Shown in pieces: positions 1-10,100 of a stretch of 64,000 nt of DNA. The stretch covers positions 1,600,001-1,664,000 of the forward strand of contig CAVTTN010000002.1 of NCBI GenBank assembly GCA_963737655.1. The letters run 5' to 3'. Position 1 is the first letter of the stretch. Each line of letters begins with the position of its first letter. Both the position numbers and the translations under genes were made by a program. The notes under the pieces are model-generated. The model was not told where the DNA came from, made no database searches, and worked only from the letters and a program-made list of their open reading frames with translations. Source of the stretch: an uncultured Planctomycetota bacterium (GTDB lineage: Bacteria; Planctomycetota; Planctomycetia; Isosphaerales; Isosphaeraceae).

Positions 1-284
1 GAGGTGTCCAGGACGAGGCAGAGCCGGAGGTTCGTGTCGGCCTCGAACTCCTTGATGAAGTAGCGATCCGAGCGGCCGAAGGCCCGCCAGTCGAGGCGCC
101 GGAGGTCGTCCCCGGCGACGTATTTCCGGTACTCGGCGAACTCGACGGAGGAGCCGCGATGGGGGCTGGGGTGCCGGCCCGAGACGTTCCCCTGCATCGG
201 CTTGCGGGCCATCAACGGGAACCCCGCCAGCCGGGACAGCACGGCCGGATCGACGAAGCTCCGGGCGGGGCGGTCGGGGAACAT
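1..284 (-). CDS. DUF58 domain protein (MoxR-associated), runs off window edge
   Basis: Manual translation: MFPDRPARSFVDPAVLSRL...SGRHPSPHRGSSVEFAEYRKYVAGDDLRRLDWRAFGRSDRYFIKEFEADTNLRLCLVLDTS; typical DUF58 motifs; lies downstream of MoxR. Confidence 0.9.
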   Translation of the reverse strand, partial: MFPDRPARSFVDPAVLSRLAGFPLMARKPMQGNVSGRHPSPHRGSSVEFAEYRKYVAGDDLRRLDWRAFGRSDRYFIKEFEADTNLRLCLVLDT

Positions 285-330
285 GGGCGGCTCCGGATCA
301 CTTCATGGCGGGCGGCGACTTCGTCGAAAA

Positions 331-362
331 CCTCGTTCCCACCCTGCCGTGGGAACAACGAG
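331..362. repeat. REP-like palindrome, CTCGTTCCCAC...GTGGGAAC type
   Basis: ctcgttcccaccctgccgtgggaacaacgag hairpin in the intergenic space. Confidence 0.55.
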
Positions 363-409
363 GGAGGGACACGCAAGGAAGAGGATGGCGGCCGTCGGCC
401 GCCTCACGC

Positions 410-433
410 GATGGTGCATTTCATGCACCCTAC
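410..433 (-). repeat. GTAG-type REP (GTAGGGTGCATGAAATGCACCATC), family A
   Basis: GTAG followed by palindrome GGTGCAT-GAA-ATGCACC; also at 3259-3332 and degenerate at 19145-19165; its TAG is the MoxR stop codon. Confidence 0.8.
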
Positions 434-1458
434 ATCTCGGTCTCCTCGACCAGGCGGCGGACGATCTTCTTGGCGTCGATCCCCTCGGCCTGGGCGGCGA
501 AGGTGGTGATCACCCGGTGGGTCAGGACCGGCAGGGCGACTTCCTGGACGTCCTCCAGGCGGGCCATGTAGCTGCCGTGGAGCGCGGCCCTCGCCTTGGC
601 GCCGAGGATCAGGTACTGGACGGCCCTCGGCCCGGCGCCCCAGGACACCAGGGGCTTCAGCCAGCCCGGCGCCGTCGATCCGCCGGGCCGGGTCTTCCTC
701 ACGAGCCGGGCGGCATAGGTGTAGATGTGATCGGGCACCGGCACCCGGCGGACCAGGTGCTGGTAGCCGATGACCTCCTCGGGCGAGAGCAACGCGCGGA
801 GGCCGGGCAGGGCGTCTCCGGTCGTCGTCCGGGCGATCTGGACTTCCTCGGCCTCCGAGGGATAATCCAGCTCGATCAGGAACATGAAGCGGTCGAGCTG
901 GGCCTCGGGCAGGGGGTACGTGCCCTCCTGCTCGACCGGGTTCTGGGTGGCCAGGACGAGGAACGGCGGGTCGAGCTTGAACGTCCGGCCGACGACCGTG
1001 ACGTTCTGCTCCTGCATCGCCTCCAGCATGGCCGCCTGGGTCTTCGGTGGGGCCCGGTTGATCTCGTCGGCGAGCACCATGTTGGCGAAGACCGGCCCGT
1101 GGACGAACTGGAACTCGCGGCGGCCGGCGTCGTTGTCCTGGAGGATGTCCGTCCCGGTGATGTCCATCGGCATCAGGTCGGGCGTGAACTGGATCCGGCT
1201 GAACTTCAGCGACATCGTCTCGGCGAGCTTGCTCACCAGGAGCGTCTTCGCCAGGCCCGGGACGCCCATCAACAGGGCGTGCCCCCGGGCGAACAGGCAG
1301 GTGGCCAGGCGGTCGATCACGGCGTGCTGGCCGACGATCACCCGGGCGAGCTCGGCCTTGAGCCGGTCGTGGACGCCTCGGAGCTGGTCGATGGCCTGAA
1401 CGTCGTCGTCGCTGAGCCGCTCGTGGGGGGCGTCCGGGGGAATCGCCGAGGGCGGCAT
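430..1458 (-). CDS. MoxR family AAA+ ATPase
   Basis: GVPGLAKT Walker A, RIQFTPDLMP, LADEINRAPPKTQAA, ATQNPVEQEGTYPLPEAQLDRF. Confidence 0.95.
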   Translation of the reverse strand: MPPSAIPPDAPHERLSDDDVQAIDQLRGVHDRLKAELARVIVGQHAVIDRLATCLFARGHALLMGVPGLAKTLLVSKLAETMSLKFSRIQFTPDLMPMDITGTDILQDNDAGRREFQFVHGPVFANMVLADEINRAPPKTQAAMLEAMQEQNVTVVGRTFKLDPPFLVLATQNPVEQEGTYPLPEAQLDRFMFLIELDYPSEAEEVQIARTTTGDALPGLRALLSPEEVIGYQHLVRRVPVPDHIYTYAARLVRKTRPGGSTAPGWLKPLVSWGAGPRAVQYLILGAKARAALHGSYMARLEDVQEVALPVLTHRVITTFAAQAEGIDAKKIVRRLVEETEM

Positions 1459-1592
1459 AGGTCGCTCCGTGCCGAGGATTGCCGGGCCGAGGGCCTCCGC
1501 GCCGTCGGTCTCCTACGGATTTCAGAGAGTAATCGACCGGACCGAGCGAGGCAAGCGGCCGGCCCGGAAGTTTTCGAGAGGGCGAGCGCTCC

Positions 1593-1634
1593 GTCGGGTG
1601 GCATGCTCACGTCTTCGTGAGCATGCCACCCGAC
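1593..1634. repeat. GGGTGGCATG REP-like palindrome, family B
   Basis: gtcgggtggcatgctcacg-tctt-cgtgagcatgccacccgac perfect hairpin; related copies at 17631, 35846, 39431. Confidence 0.8.
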
Positions 1635-1644
1635 CGACCTGGAT

Positions 1645-3198
1645 TTATTGTGGCTTCTTCAGCTCGATGACGATCTCCGCGCCGCCGGTCTCGGCCTCGG
1701 CGAAGCCGATCGCGTTGGGCTGCTGCATGCGCCCCGTGATCTTGTAGCGGCCCTTTTCCACCGGGCCGAGGCGGAACTTGCCGTCCTCCCCGGTGTTGAG
1801 GAACAGGTTCGCCTTCGAGGGGACGACCATGGCCCCGCCGCCGGGCAACACGCGCTGGACCCATCCGACGGTGGCGTTGGCGACCGGCTTGCCGTCGTCG
1901 CCGACGACCCGGCCGGCGAGGTATTCGCCGTCCTTCGCCACGATCTTGACCCTGGTGACGGCCCCGGCCTTCGTGGCGGCGTTCGCGGAGGCGTCCAAAA
2001 GCGCCTTGGGCCGGGCTGTAACCAGGATGGCCGCTTCGGGCAGGTTCGCGGCCCGGAACTTGCCGGCGGCGTCGGTCGTCTCGACCTGGGCCGAGAGGCC
2101 CGAGGCGGCCTGGGCCTGGATCGTCACCTCGGCACCAGCCACCGGCTTGCCCTCCTGATCGACGACCTCGCCTTCCAGGACGCAGCCCGGCTCCAGGGTG
2201 ATCTCCCAGCCCGGCCCGAGGAGCTCGTTCTGCTGGTAGCCCTTCTGGCGGGTCCGATAGTTCGGGTGGGAGGCCGAGAGCCAGTGGGCCATCGGCACGT
2301 TCTCGACCTCCGGCCCCACGCCCCGGAAGGCCCAGTTCCCCTGGGCGTCGGTCCGGGTCTTCAGGGCCACGCTGAACGGGAACTGGACCGGGGTTCCCGA
2401 CGGTTCGGGTCGGCCGACCGTCCCGGGGGGGACCATCAGCTCCAGCTCGACGCCCTCGATCGGCTTGCCCCGGGTGTCGATGACCCGCCCCCGGAACCAG
2501 ACTTCCTTCGGCATCCGGAAATCGACCCGTTGCGACTCGCCCAGGGTGGTCCATTCGATGGTCGTGGCGGTCAGGGCGTGGCCGGGGGCCTCGACGTAGA
2601 CGGCCATCTGGGTCGGCCCGCGGACCTTGCGGAACTTCAGGACGTATTCCCCCTGGGCGTCGGTCCGGGTCTCCATCCCCGAGAACACCGAGATCACCGC
2701 GCCGGCGATCGGCCGGTTGGTCTCGGCGTCGATCACCCGGCCTCGGATCGTCTTGCGGGGGGCGGCCTCGCGTTCGAGGTCATCGCGCATCGACTCGAGG
2801 ACCGTGGCCGGCTCCTCGCTCGGCCCGGTGCTCACGGCCCGGTAGATCAGGGTCCGGGAGTCGGCCGGCTTGCCGGTGAGGTCTTTCGCCAGGGCGTCGA
2901 GCCGGGCGACGAACGCGGGGTCGGCGAGGCTGGCCTTGAGGTCGTCGAGCTTCCGGCTCGGGGCCAGCTTCGGGCGATAGAGGGCGTCGATCCGATCGAC
3001 GAGCTCGGGAGTGACGGGATCTCGGCCGAGGTCACGCAAGAGGGCCTCGATTTGTGCTCTCGTCGGCGCGGCGGAGGCGCCGGGGAGGCCGTCCTTTTCC
3101 TCGTCCTGGCCCCGAGAGGCGACGGCCGAGCCGGTCAGGACGATCAGAGCGAGCAGAATCCGGGCCGATCGCGGCCCGGGGCGAACGGGGAGGGTCAT
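1645..3198 (-). CDS. Secreted carboxypeptidase-regulatory-like (beta-sandwich repeat) protein
   Basis: Signal peptide from MTLPVRPG; four repeats of GRVID..GKPI/VAGA.V...TD..G.F. Confidence 0.8.
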   Translation of the reverse strand: MTLPVRPGPRSARILLALIVLTGSAVASRGQDEEKDGLPGASAAPTRAQIEALLRDLGRDPVTPELVDRIDALYRPKLAPSRKLDDLKASLADPAFVARLDALAKDLTGKPADSRTLIYRAVSTGPSEEPATVLESMRDDLEREAAPRKTIRGRVIDAETNRPIAGAVISVFSGMETRTDAQGEYVLKFRKVRGPTQMAVYVEAPGHALTATTIEWTTLGESQRVDFRMPKEVWFRGRVIDTRGKPIEGVELELMVPPGTVGRPEPSGTPVQFPFSVALKTRTDAQGNWAFRGVGPEVENVPMAHWLSASHPNYRTRQKGYQQNELLGPGWEITLEPGCVLEGEVVDQEGKPVAGAEVTIQAQAASGLSAQVETTDAAGKFRAANLPEAAILVTARPKALLDASANAATKAGAVTRVKIVAKDGEYLAGRVVGDDGKPVANATVGWVQRVLPGGGAMVVPSKANLFLNTGEDGKFRLGPVEKGRYKITGRMQQPNAIGFAEAETGGAEIVIELKKPQ

Positions 3199-3258
3199 GG
3201 GCGAGGCTCCTTCCGGGCCGCGACGTCGGGGACGGCATGGATGGACGTTTTCGATCAT

Positions 3259-3332
3259 GTTGGGTGCATGAAATGCACCATCTTTCTTCCGTTTTCGCCA
3301 TGACCGAAGATGGTGCATTTCATGCACCCTAC
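3259..3332. repeat. REP doublet (REPIN-like), family A
   Basis: gttgggtgcatgaaatgcaccatctt ... aagatggtgcatttcatgcaccctac inverted pair; its TAG is the permease stop codon. Confidence 0.85.
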
Positions 3333-4234
3333 GAGCCGGGCGTCTTCACCCGGAATTCCCGGGTCCTCATCAGGATGCACGACACCGCGACGGCCGACAC
3401 GATCGCCAGGCCCACGCTCAGGAGGCATTCGCCCGAGCTCGGCGCCAGGTCCAGGTCGATCCCGTACGTCATCTTGGGTCCCGGGGTGTTCCAGACCTCC
3501 GACAGACCCATCCACCGCTCCGAAAGCACCCGGAAATAGTAGATCACCGTCGCCTTGCGGATCACGAAATCGATGTTGGCGACCACCCCTTCGAGGACGA
3601 CGATGTAGCCGATCCCCACCACCAGCGCCCTCTTCATGATCAGGCTGAGGAAGCCGAACACGGCGTCGTACGCGGCGATCGAGAGCGAGAACAGGGCGAT
3701 CGTCTTGCCCATCCGCATCGGGCCTCCGCTGGACCCGTACTCCGGCTGGCCCCAGCCGATGGCCAGGTACGTCAGGGCCGTGAAGATCGCCACCAGGCCG
3801 ATCGTCACGACCAGGGTGGCCAGGAACTTCGCCGCGAAGATCGACCAGCGGGGCAGGGGGCGGATCAACAGGTAGGTGATCGTCTGCTCCTCGATCTCGT
3901 CCTGGATCATCCCCGAGGCGAAGACCAGGGCCGTCAGCGGGACCAGCGCCTGGGGGATCAGGTTGAAGACCAGGAGGAACTCGGCGAACGTGGGCTCGTA
4001 GCCCGAATGCGGGCCCTTCCAGCCCGAATCGTTCTGGCGGATCAGGACCACGAAGGCGATGGGCAGGAGGTACAGGGCGGCCAGGACCAGGGCCCGCCGG
4101 GACCGGGCCTGGCGGACCAGGGTCATCGTGAAGAGGGCCGCCGCCGAGTTCCACGCCGCCAGGCGGTTGGAGATCGGCGCATCGGTCCGATCGGGGATGG
4201 TCGGGGGCGGTTCGAGGGTCGTCGCCTTCGTCAT
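3329..4234 (-). CDS. ABC-2 type transporter permease
   Basis: Six TM segments, DEIEEQTITYLLIRPLPRW..AAKF motif. Confidence 0.9.
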   Translation of the reverse strand: MTKATTLEPPPTIPDRTDAPISNRLAAWNSAAALFTMTLVRQARSRRALVLAALYLLPIAFVVLIRQNDSGWKGPHSGYEPTFAEFLLVFNLIPQALVPLTALVFASGMIQDEIEEQTITYLLIRPLPRWSIFAAKFLATLVVTIGLVAIFTALTYLAIGWGQPEYGSSGGPMRMGKTIALFSLSIAAYDAVFGFLSLIMKRALVVGIGYIVVLEGVVANIDFVIRKATVIYYFRVLSERWMGLSEVWNTPGPKMTYGIDLDLAPSSGECLLSVGLAIVSAVAVSCILMRTREFRVKTPGS

Positions 4235-5157
4235 GGGTTCACCAGGTACTTGAAGACGGCTTCGAGGTTGTCATCGTCGGAGGCGACCCGGGAGATCGGC
4301 GTGTCCGGCTCCAGGGCGATCCGGGCCAATCGGGCGTAGAAGGCGTCGGGCGAGCGGGTCTCGACGAGGATGGAATCGTCCTCGCGGTGGAGGTCCACGC
4401 CGACCACGTCGTCGAACCGGACGAGCTTGGAGGCCAGGGCCCGGGGGTCGGCCGACCCCAGGACGATCCGGTGGGGATGGGTGTCGATCAGGTCGCGGAT
4501 CTGCCGGACGTCCCCCTCGGCCACCAGCTTCCCCCGGTTCAGGAGGAGGATGTTCGACGTGACGGCCTGGACCTCGTGGAGGACGTGGCTGGAGAGCAAC
4601 AGGGATTTCCCCTCGGAGGCCAGGCGGAGGAGGATGTCCATCAGGTCGCGGCGGGCCACGGGGTCGGTGCCGGTCAGGGGCTCGTCGAGGAAGATGACCG
4701 AGGGGTCATGGACGAGCGACTGGGCGATCTTGGTCCTCTGCCTCATCCCCTTGGAATAGCCGCGGATGGCCCGGTCGCGATGGGGGGTCATGCCGACCTG
4801 CTCGATCGCGCGATCGCCCCTCTCGGCGGCCTCGCGGCGGGGGAAGCCGCCGAGGCGGGCGCAGAACCGGACGAATTCCCGGCCGCTCATCCATTCGTAG
4901 AAGGCGTCCTGCTCGGGGCAGAGGCCGATCTCCCGGTTCAGGGACGGGTCGCCCCAGGCGGGTCGGCCGAGGACCGTGACCGACCCCTGGCTCGGCCGGA
5001 GCTGCCCGGTGGCGAGCTGCAAGACCGTGGACTTCCCCGCGCCGTTGGGGCCGAGGAGGCCCGTGACCCCGGGTCGGAGGCGGAACGACAGGTGGTTCAC
5101 GCCGATCACGTTGCCGTACCACTTGGAGACGGCGAGGAACTCGGCGACCGGCGTCAT
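4231..5157 (-). CDS. ABC transporter ATP-binding protein
   Basis: Starts MTPVAEF; GPNGAGKST, YSKGMRQR, FLDEP, SSH; overlaps neighbours by 4 nt. Confidence 0.92.
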   Translation of the reverse strand: MTPVAEFLAVSKWYGNVIGVNHLSFRLRPGVTGLLGPNGAGKSTVLQLATGQLRPSQGSVTVLGRPAWGDPSLNREIGLCPEQDAFYEWMSGREFVRFCARLGGFPRREAAERGDRAIEQVGMTPHRDRAIRGYSKGMRQRTKIAQSLVHDPSVIFLDEPLTGTDPVARRDLMDILLRLASEGKSLLLSSHVLHEVQAVTSNILLLNRGKLVAEGDVRQIRDLIDTHPHRIVLGSADPRALASKLVRFDDVVGVDLHREDDSILVETRSPDAFYARLARIALEPDTPISRVASDDDNLEAVFKYLVNP

Positions 5158-6161
5158 CGGAGCCGGTCCAGCGACTTCACCCGCGTGCTCAGGACCCATA
5201 GCGACAGCCCCATCAGGCCGAGGATCACGTAAACCGCCCAGGACACCGGGAAGTCGAGCGAGAACGGGTTCGGCGGAGGCGGAGGAGGCGCCGGGGCGAA
5301 GGCCCTCCCGAACGGACCGGGGCGGGCCATCCCGGAGGCGAACGCCTTGCCCAGGGGCTCCCACGCCTGGTCGGCCCCGAGCAGGACGTCGCCGACCTTC
5401 TCCACGTCGTTGACGACCGAGACGATCGGCCCCCACTTCAGTTGCAGGCCGGTCCCCAGGACGTTCGCCGAGAACGAGCCGACCAGCCAGATCCCGATCC
5501 ACACCGCCGCCACGTACCGCGAGTTCTTCGACAGCGAGGAGATCGCCAGCATGAACAGGCCGAAGACCAGGACCACCAGCGCCCCATACGCCAGGCACGC
5601 CGGGACGATCCGGTAGGTGTCCCGGATCACGCCGAAGCCCAGGCTGAAGCCCACGCCCAGGAGGTAGGTCAGCAGGCACGGGACGATCATCACGGCCGCC
5701 AGGAACGCGGCGATCGTCCCGAGCTTGCCGGCGAAATAATCGAACCGCCTGAGGGGCCGCGAGAGGTACAGCGGCATGGCGTTGAACCGGAGGTCTTCGC
5801 TGATCAGGCTCGGGCCGACGATCACGACGAGGACCATCGCGGCGAACGTCTCGAAATGGAGGAACCGGCCGAAGGCCAGCGTCCAGATCGAGGCGCGGAA
5901 CGCCTTGGGGTCGAGCTGGGCGGCCTCGGGCAGGAACGCGAAGAAGCCGCGGAAGTCGTCGGCCTTCTGCTCGAACAGGCCCCAGAGCGCCAGGAACACG
6001 CCCAGGGCCACGGCGGGGATCCACGCGAGGATCAGGGCCACGCGGGTCCACCGGGATTTGAGCCCGGTCTTCACCCCCCGGCGGGTGATGGCGAGCCATC
6101 GCCAGCCGTGGCCCGAGAGCTTGCCGTCCCAGTGCTGATATCCCTGGTCGAAGATCGGCAC
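5154..6161 (-). CDS. ABC-2 type transporter permease
   Basis: Multi-TM, ISEDLRFNAMPLYLSRPLRRFDYFAGKL motif; GTG start. Confidence 0.9.
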   Translation of the reverse strand: MPIFDQGYQHWDGKLSGHGWRWLAITRRGVKTGLKSRWTRVALILAWIPAVALGVFLALWGLFEQKADDFRGFFAFLPEAAQLDPKAFRASIWTLAFGRFLHFETFAAMVLVVIVGPSLISEDLRFNAMPLYLSRPLRRFDYFAGKLGTIAAFLAAVMIVPCLLTYLLGVGFSLGFGVIRDTYRIVPACLAYGALVVLVFGLFMLAISSLSKNSRYVAAVWIGIWLVGSFSANVLGTGLQLKWGPIVSVVNDVEKVGDVLLGADQAWEPLGKAFASGMARPGPFGRAFAPAPPPPPPNPFSLDFPVSWAVYVILGLMGLSLWVLSTRVKSLDRLR

Positions 6162-6164
6162 GAG

Positions 6165-7079
6165 CTAGGCCCCTTTCCCGTGGATCGCCCCGAGGAAGAC
6201 TTCCTCCAGGCTGCTCTGCCTCGGGCGGAGCAGGCGGATCTGGACGTCCGAGGCGAGCGCCGCCTCCCACAAATCCGAGGTCTCCCGGCCTTCGGGGAGG
6301 TCCACGACGAGGAGGTCGTCCCGGGGCTCGACGGCCAGGCCGATCTCGACCAGACGGCCGGCCAGGCGGTTCGGGTCGGCCTTCACGCGGACCTCGAACT
6401 GCCTCCTCTCGGTCTTCTTCAGGTCCGCGATGAGTCCGCTGGCCAGGAGCTGGCCGCCGCCGAGGACCATGATCCGGTCGCACACGGCCTCGACGTCCGG
6501 CAGCAGGTGGCTGGAGAACAGGAGGCTCATCCCCTTGCGCCGGGAGAGGTCGCGGGCCAGCTCCAGGATTTCCAGGCGGCCGGCCGGGTCCATGCCGTTG
6601 GTGGGCTCGTCGAGGATCAGCATCCTCGGGTCGTGGACGATGGCCGAGGCAATCTTGAGCCTCTGCTTCATCCCGGTCGAGTACGAATCGACCTTGCGAT
6701 AGCGGGCCTCGCCCAGGCCCACGTAGTCGAGGACCTCGTGGGCCCGCTGCATCGCGTCGGTCGGCCTCATCCCGCCGAGCTCCCCGGCGTAGGCGACGAA
6801 CTCGATCCCCTCGACCCCGGGGAACAGGCATTCGTCCTCCGGGACGAAGCCGACGGCCTGGCGGATGTCCAGCCTCTTCTTGCGGACGTCCATCCCGAGG
6901 ACCTCGCCGCCCCCGGAGTTGATCTTGATCAGGCCCAGGAGGGTGCGGATCATCGTCGTCTTGCCCGCCCCGTTGGGCCCGAGCAAGCCGATCGCCCCCT
7001 CCGGCATCGCCACGCTCAAATCGCGCAACGCCGTGACCTTGCCGTACGTTTTCGTCACCCCTCGAAGCTCGAACAGCAT
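6165..7079 (-). CDS. ABC transporter ATP-binding protein
   Basis: GPNGAGKTT, YSTGMKQR, ILDEPTNGMDP, SSHLL. Confidence 0.93.
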   Translation of the reverse strand: MLFELRGVTKTYGKVTALRDLSVAMPEGAIGLLGPNGAGKTTMIRTLLGLIKINSGGGEVLGMDVRKKRLDIRQAVGFVPEDECLFPGVEGIEFVAYAGELGGMRPTDAMQRAHEVLDYVGLGEARYRKVDSYSTGMKQRLKIASAIVHDPRMLILDEPTNGMDPAGRLEILELARDLSRRKGMSLLFSSHLLPDVEAVCDRIMVLGGGQLLASGLIADLKKTERRQFEVRVKADPNRLAGRLVEIGLAVEPRDDLLVVDLPEGRETSDLWEAALASDVQIRLLRPRQSSLEEVFLGAIHGKGA

Positions 7080-7114
7080 GCCCGCCCCCCTCGCCGGGTT
7101 CGATCGACCGGACG

Positions 7115-7143
7115 AGGATAGCCGGTCGGACCGGCCGGTTCAA
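7115..7143 (-). promoter_or_regulatory. Putative sigma70 promoter of the ABC operon
   Basis: TTGAAC-17bp-TATCCT on the minus strand, ~35 bp upstream of the ATG at 7079. Confidence 0.5.
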
Positions 7144-7191
7144 CGAATTTCTTAAGTGGTTCGAGGGGAAGTCGGGAAATGGGTTTTCCCC

Positions 7192-10100
7192 TCAGGTCTC
7201 CCACCCCCGGAGGCCCTCGACCACCGAGAGCACCTCCGCGCGTTTCTTCTCGAACAGGGCGAAGAGGCCGAGGATCAGGATGCCGGCGACGATCCCCGAG
7301 GCGGCCCAGAGCCAGGTCTGGCGGAGGTCCACCGCCGCGTACCAGATGATCGTGAACAGCGACAGCGCCAGGAATCCGACGCCCAGGAACAGGAAGCCCC
7401 GGACCCTCAGCACGATCCCCCCGAAAATCCCCAGGATCGACAGCCCCGCCAGCGCCAGGGGGAGCCACGGCGCCTGGGCCACCCCGGTCAGGAGGATGTC
7501 GGTCGTCGAGGAGAGGTAGATCGCCAGGGAGGCCGCGTAGCGGATCGCCGCCATCCTCGCCTCGCCCAGCCTCTCGCGGTTCAGGTATCCGCCGGCCAGG
7601 ACGCACAACGCCGGAGGGATCACCCAGAGCTGAGGGTGGCGCGCCAGCCCGAGACCTTCCTGCCGGGAGAGGACCGTCCACAACGCCGCGTTGAACGCCA
7701 GGGCCGACACCGCCCCGAACCTCGACGACGACCTCAGCAGCGACAACGTCCCGTATAGCGCCCCGGCCAGGACGAGGAACACGACGTCCTGCCCCGGCTC
7801 CGGCGGCTTCCAGAACGAGGCGAGCAGGGGCAAGAGCGGCAGGAACGCCCCGGTCCGTTCCAACGGGTCGGCCAGGACCATCCGGCCTCTCCGGCGGAAC
7901 ATCTCGGCCAGGCCCGTGCCGAGGAACGCCACGCCCAGGACGATCAACGACCAGTACCGGGCGAAATATCCGGTGAACAGCCAGGAAAGCGTCAGGCCGA
8001 GGTGGGCGACCGTGGCGCCGAGGATCGCCTCGAAGCCGTAGACATACGCGGTCCGGCCCCTCTCGGAGAGGCCCAACGGGTCTCGGCCGGGGACGACCGC
8101 GGCGATCAGGGCCGCCGAGGCCGCGCCGAGCATCGCCAGGGCCACCGCGACGATCGCCCCGGGCGACATCGGCACATGGCGAGTCTCGCCCCGGCCCGCC
8201 ACCTCCGCCCCGAGGACCACCGCCAGGCTCGCCCCGGCCAGGATCAGCAACGCCGGGACCAATCGGCGGGCGGCGAGGGTCCATTCCGTGACCCTCGGCA
8301 GGAACTTCGCCAGCCCGAGGCCGTACAGCGCGCTCGTGGAAACCATCGCCACGAGGACCACGGCCATCCGGTCGAGCCGGGCCGTCGGCGACCCGGGCTC
8401 GATCATCGCCCAGCCCCAGGCGACGGCCCCGAGCGCCCCGACGGCCAGGGCGACGACCTGCAATCGCGACCTCCGGCGCCTCGGGCCAGGAGTCCCAGGG
8501 CCAAAACTTCCGCCAGGGCCGCATGGGCCGCCGCCGCTCTCAGGAACGCCGAAGACTCCGAGAGGATCGAGCCGAACGCCAGGGCCAGGACGGCCGCCGC
8601 CGTCGCCAGGCTCGCCGGGACGAGCCAGCCCAGGCCGTCGAACTCGGTCGCGACCTCGGCGACGGGGATGCCCAATCGGTCGGCCAGGAGGCGGAGGCCG
8701 TCCCTCCGGCTCCACAAATACGACGTCCCGACCGAATAGGCGGCCAGGACGGTCGTTCCGGTCCACAGGAGCATCCCGGGAGGCAGGTGGAACTGGCCGA
8801 TCACCCAGCCCGAGGCGATCAGGCCGAGCCCGTACAGGCCCGCCACCGGGCCTCGTCTCCGGCCGTCCCAGAGGCCCGAAGCCAGGGCCGAAGCGGTCGC
8901 CGCCAGGGCCAGCCAGCCGAGGAGAGGCCGGGGCCAGTCGCCCGAGGTCGCGGCGTCGGCCGCCAGGCTGATCAGGACCACGAACGCCAGGGCCGCCAGG
9001 CACGCCCTCAAGGCGATCGAGGGAAAGAGAGGCGCCTCGACCCGGGTCGAGGCCCTCCGAGGGGCCGAAAACCGGCGGTCGATCCAGAGCCAGCCGGCCA
9101 CCGGCGCCGCCAGGGCCACGATGTTCACGTCCAGGAGGTCCGCCAGCGATCCCCAGCCGCGAGAGCCTTTCCACCAGGCCGCATCCAGGCACCAGAACGT
9201 CGCCGCCACGTTCAACAGGATTCCGCCGACCGCCGAGAACGCCGAATTCCCCGACATCGCGGCCAGGATCGCCGCCACGGCCACGCTCGCGACCAACCCG
9301 CCGACCGACCACCCCGACGAAATCGGGTCGGACCCATAAGCGCGGAAGCTCATCACGGCGACCAGCCCCAGGGCCACCGACGACCACGTCACGGCCGCCG
9401 ATCGGGCCTCGTCCCCCACGTTCTCGAACCTCATCCCGCCTCGGTAGAGGGCGATCCCCGGCAGGACGATCCCGGACGCCGCCAGGGCCGCCATCAGGGC
9501 GTGATAGGTGGACCAGTTTCCCGAATCCCGGAACGCCTGACCCATCGCCAGGAAGGCGGACGCGCCGAGCAAGCCGGCCCCGAGCCACTCTTCCGGGATC
9601 GCCCGGCCGGAGAGACGGCTCCGGACCAGGACCGCCGCCGTGATCAGCAGGACGGCCCCCCAGCCCCACGCCCCGGCGACCGTCTTCAACGCGACGTGAG
9701 GCCACGGATCGACGATCACCCCGGCCGTCGCGACCACCAGGACGATCGTCCCCAGCGCCAGGCCCAGGCCGACCATCACGCCGAGGAGCCCGCCCAGGGG
9801 AGTCGGCCCTTTCTCGCCGTTCCGCCGTCTCCAGGCCGCGATCGTCCCCATCCAGGCCAGGGCGTAGGACGAGGCCACGATCGCGTTGAGGTCGAAGAGG
9901 CGGGCCCACAAGACCGCGTCGAGCGAGCGGCTCGGCACGATCACCACGCCCACCGTCGCCGCCACGCCCAGGACCAGACCGGCCGAGAACGCGAACGACG
10001 ACGACCGCTCGCGGGTCGCGAAGGCCACCAGTCCGGCGGCGAGGACCAGGATCGGCGGGACGAACGAGCCCACGTCCCCCAGACGGCGGAAGAACGAACC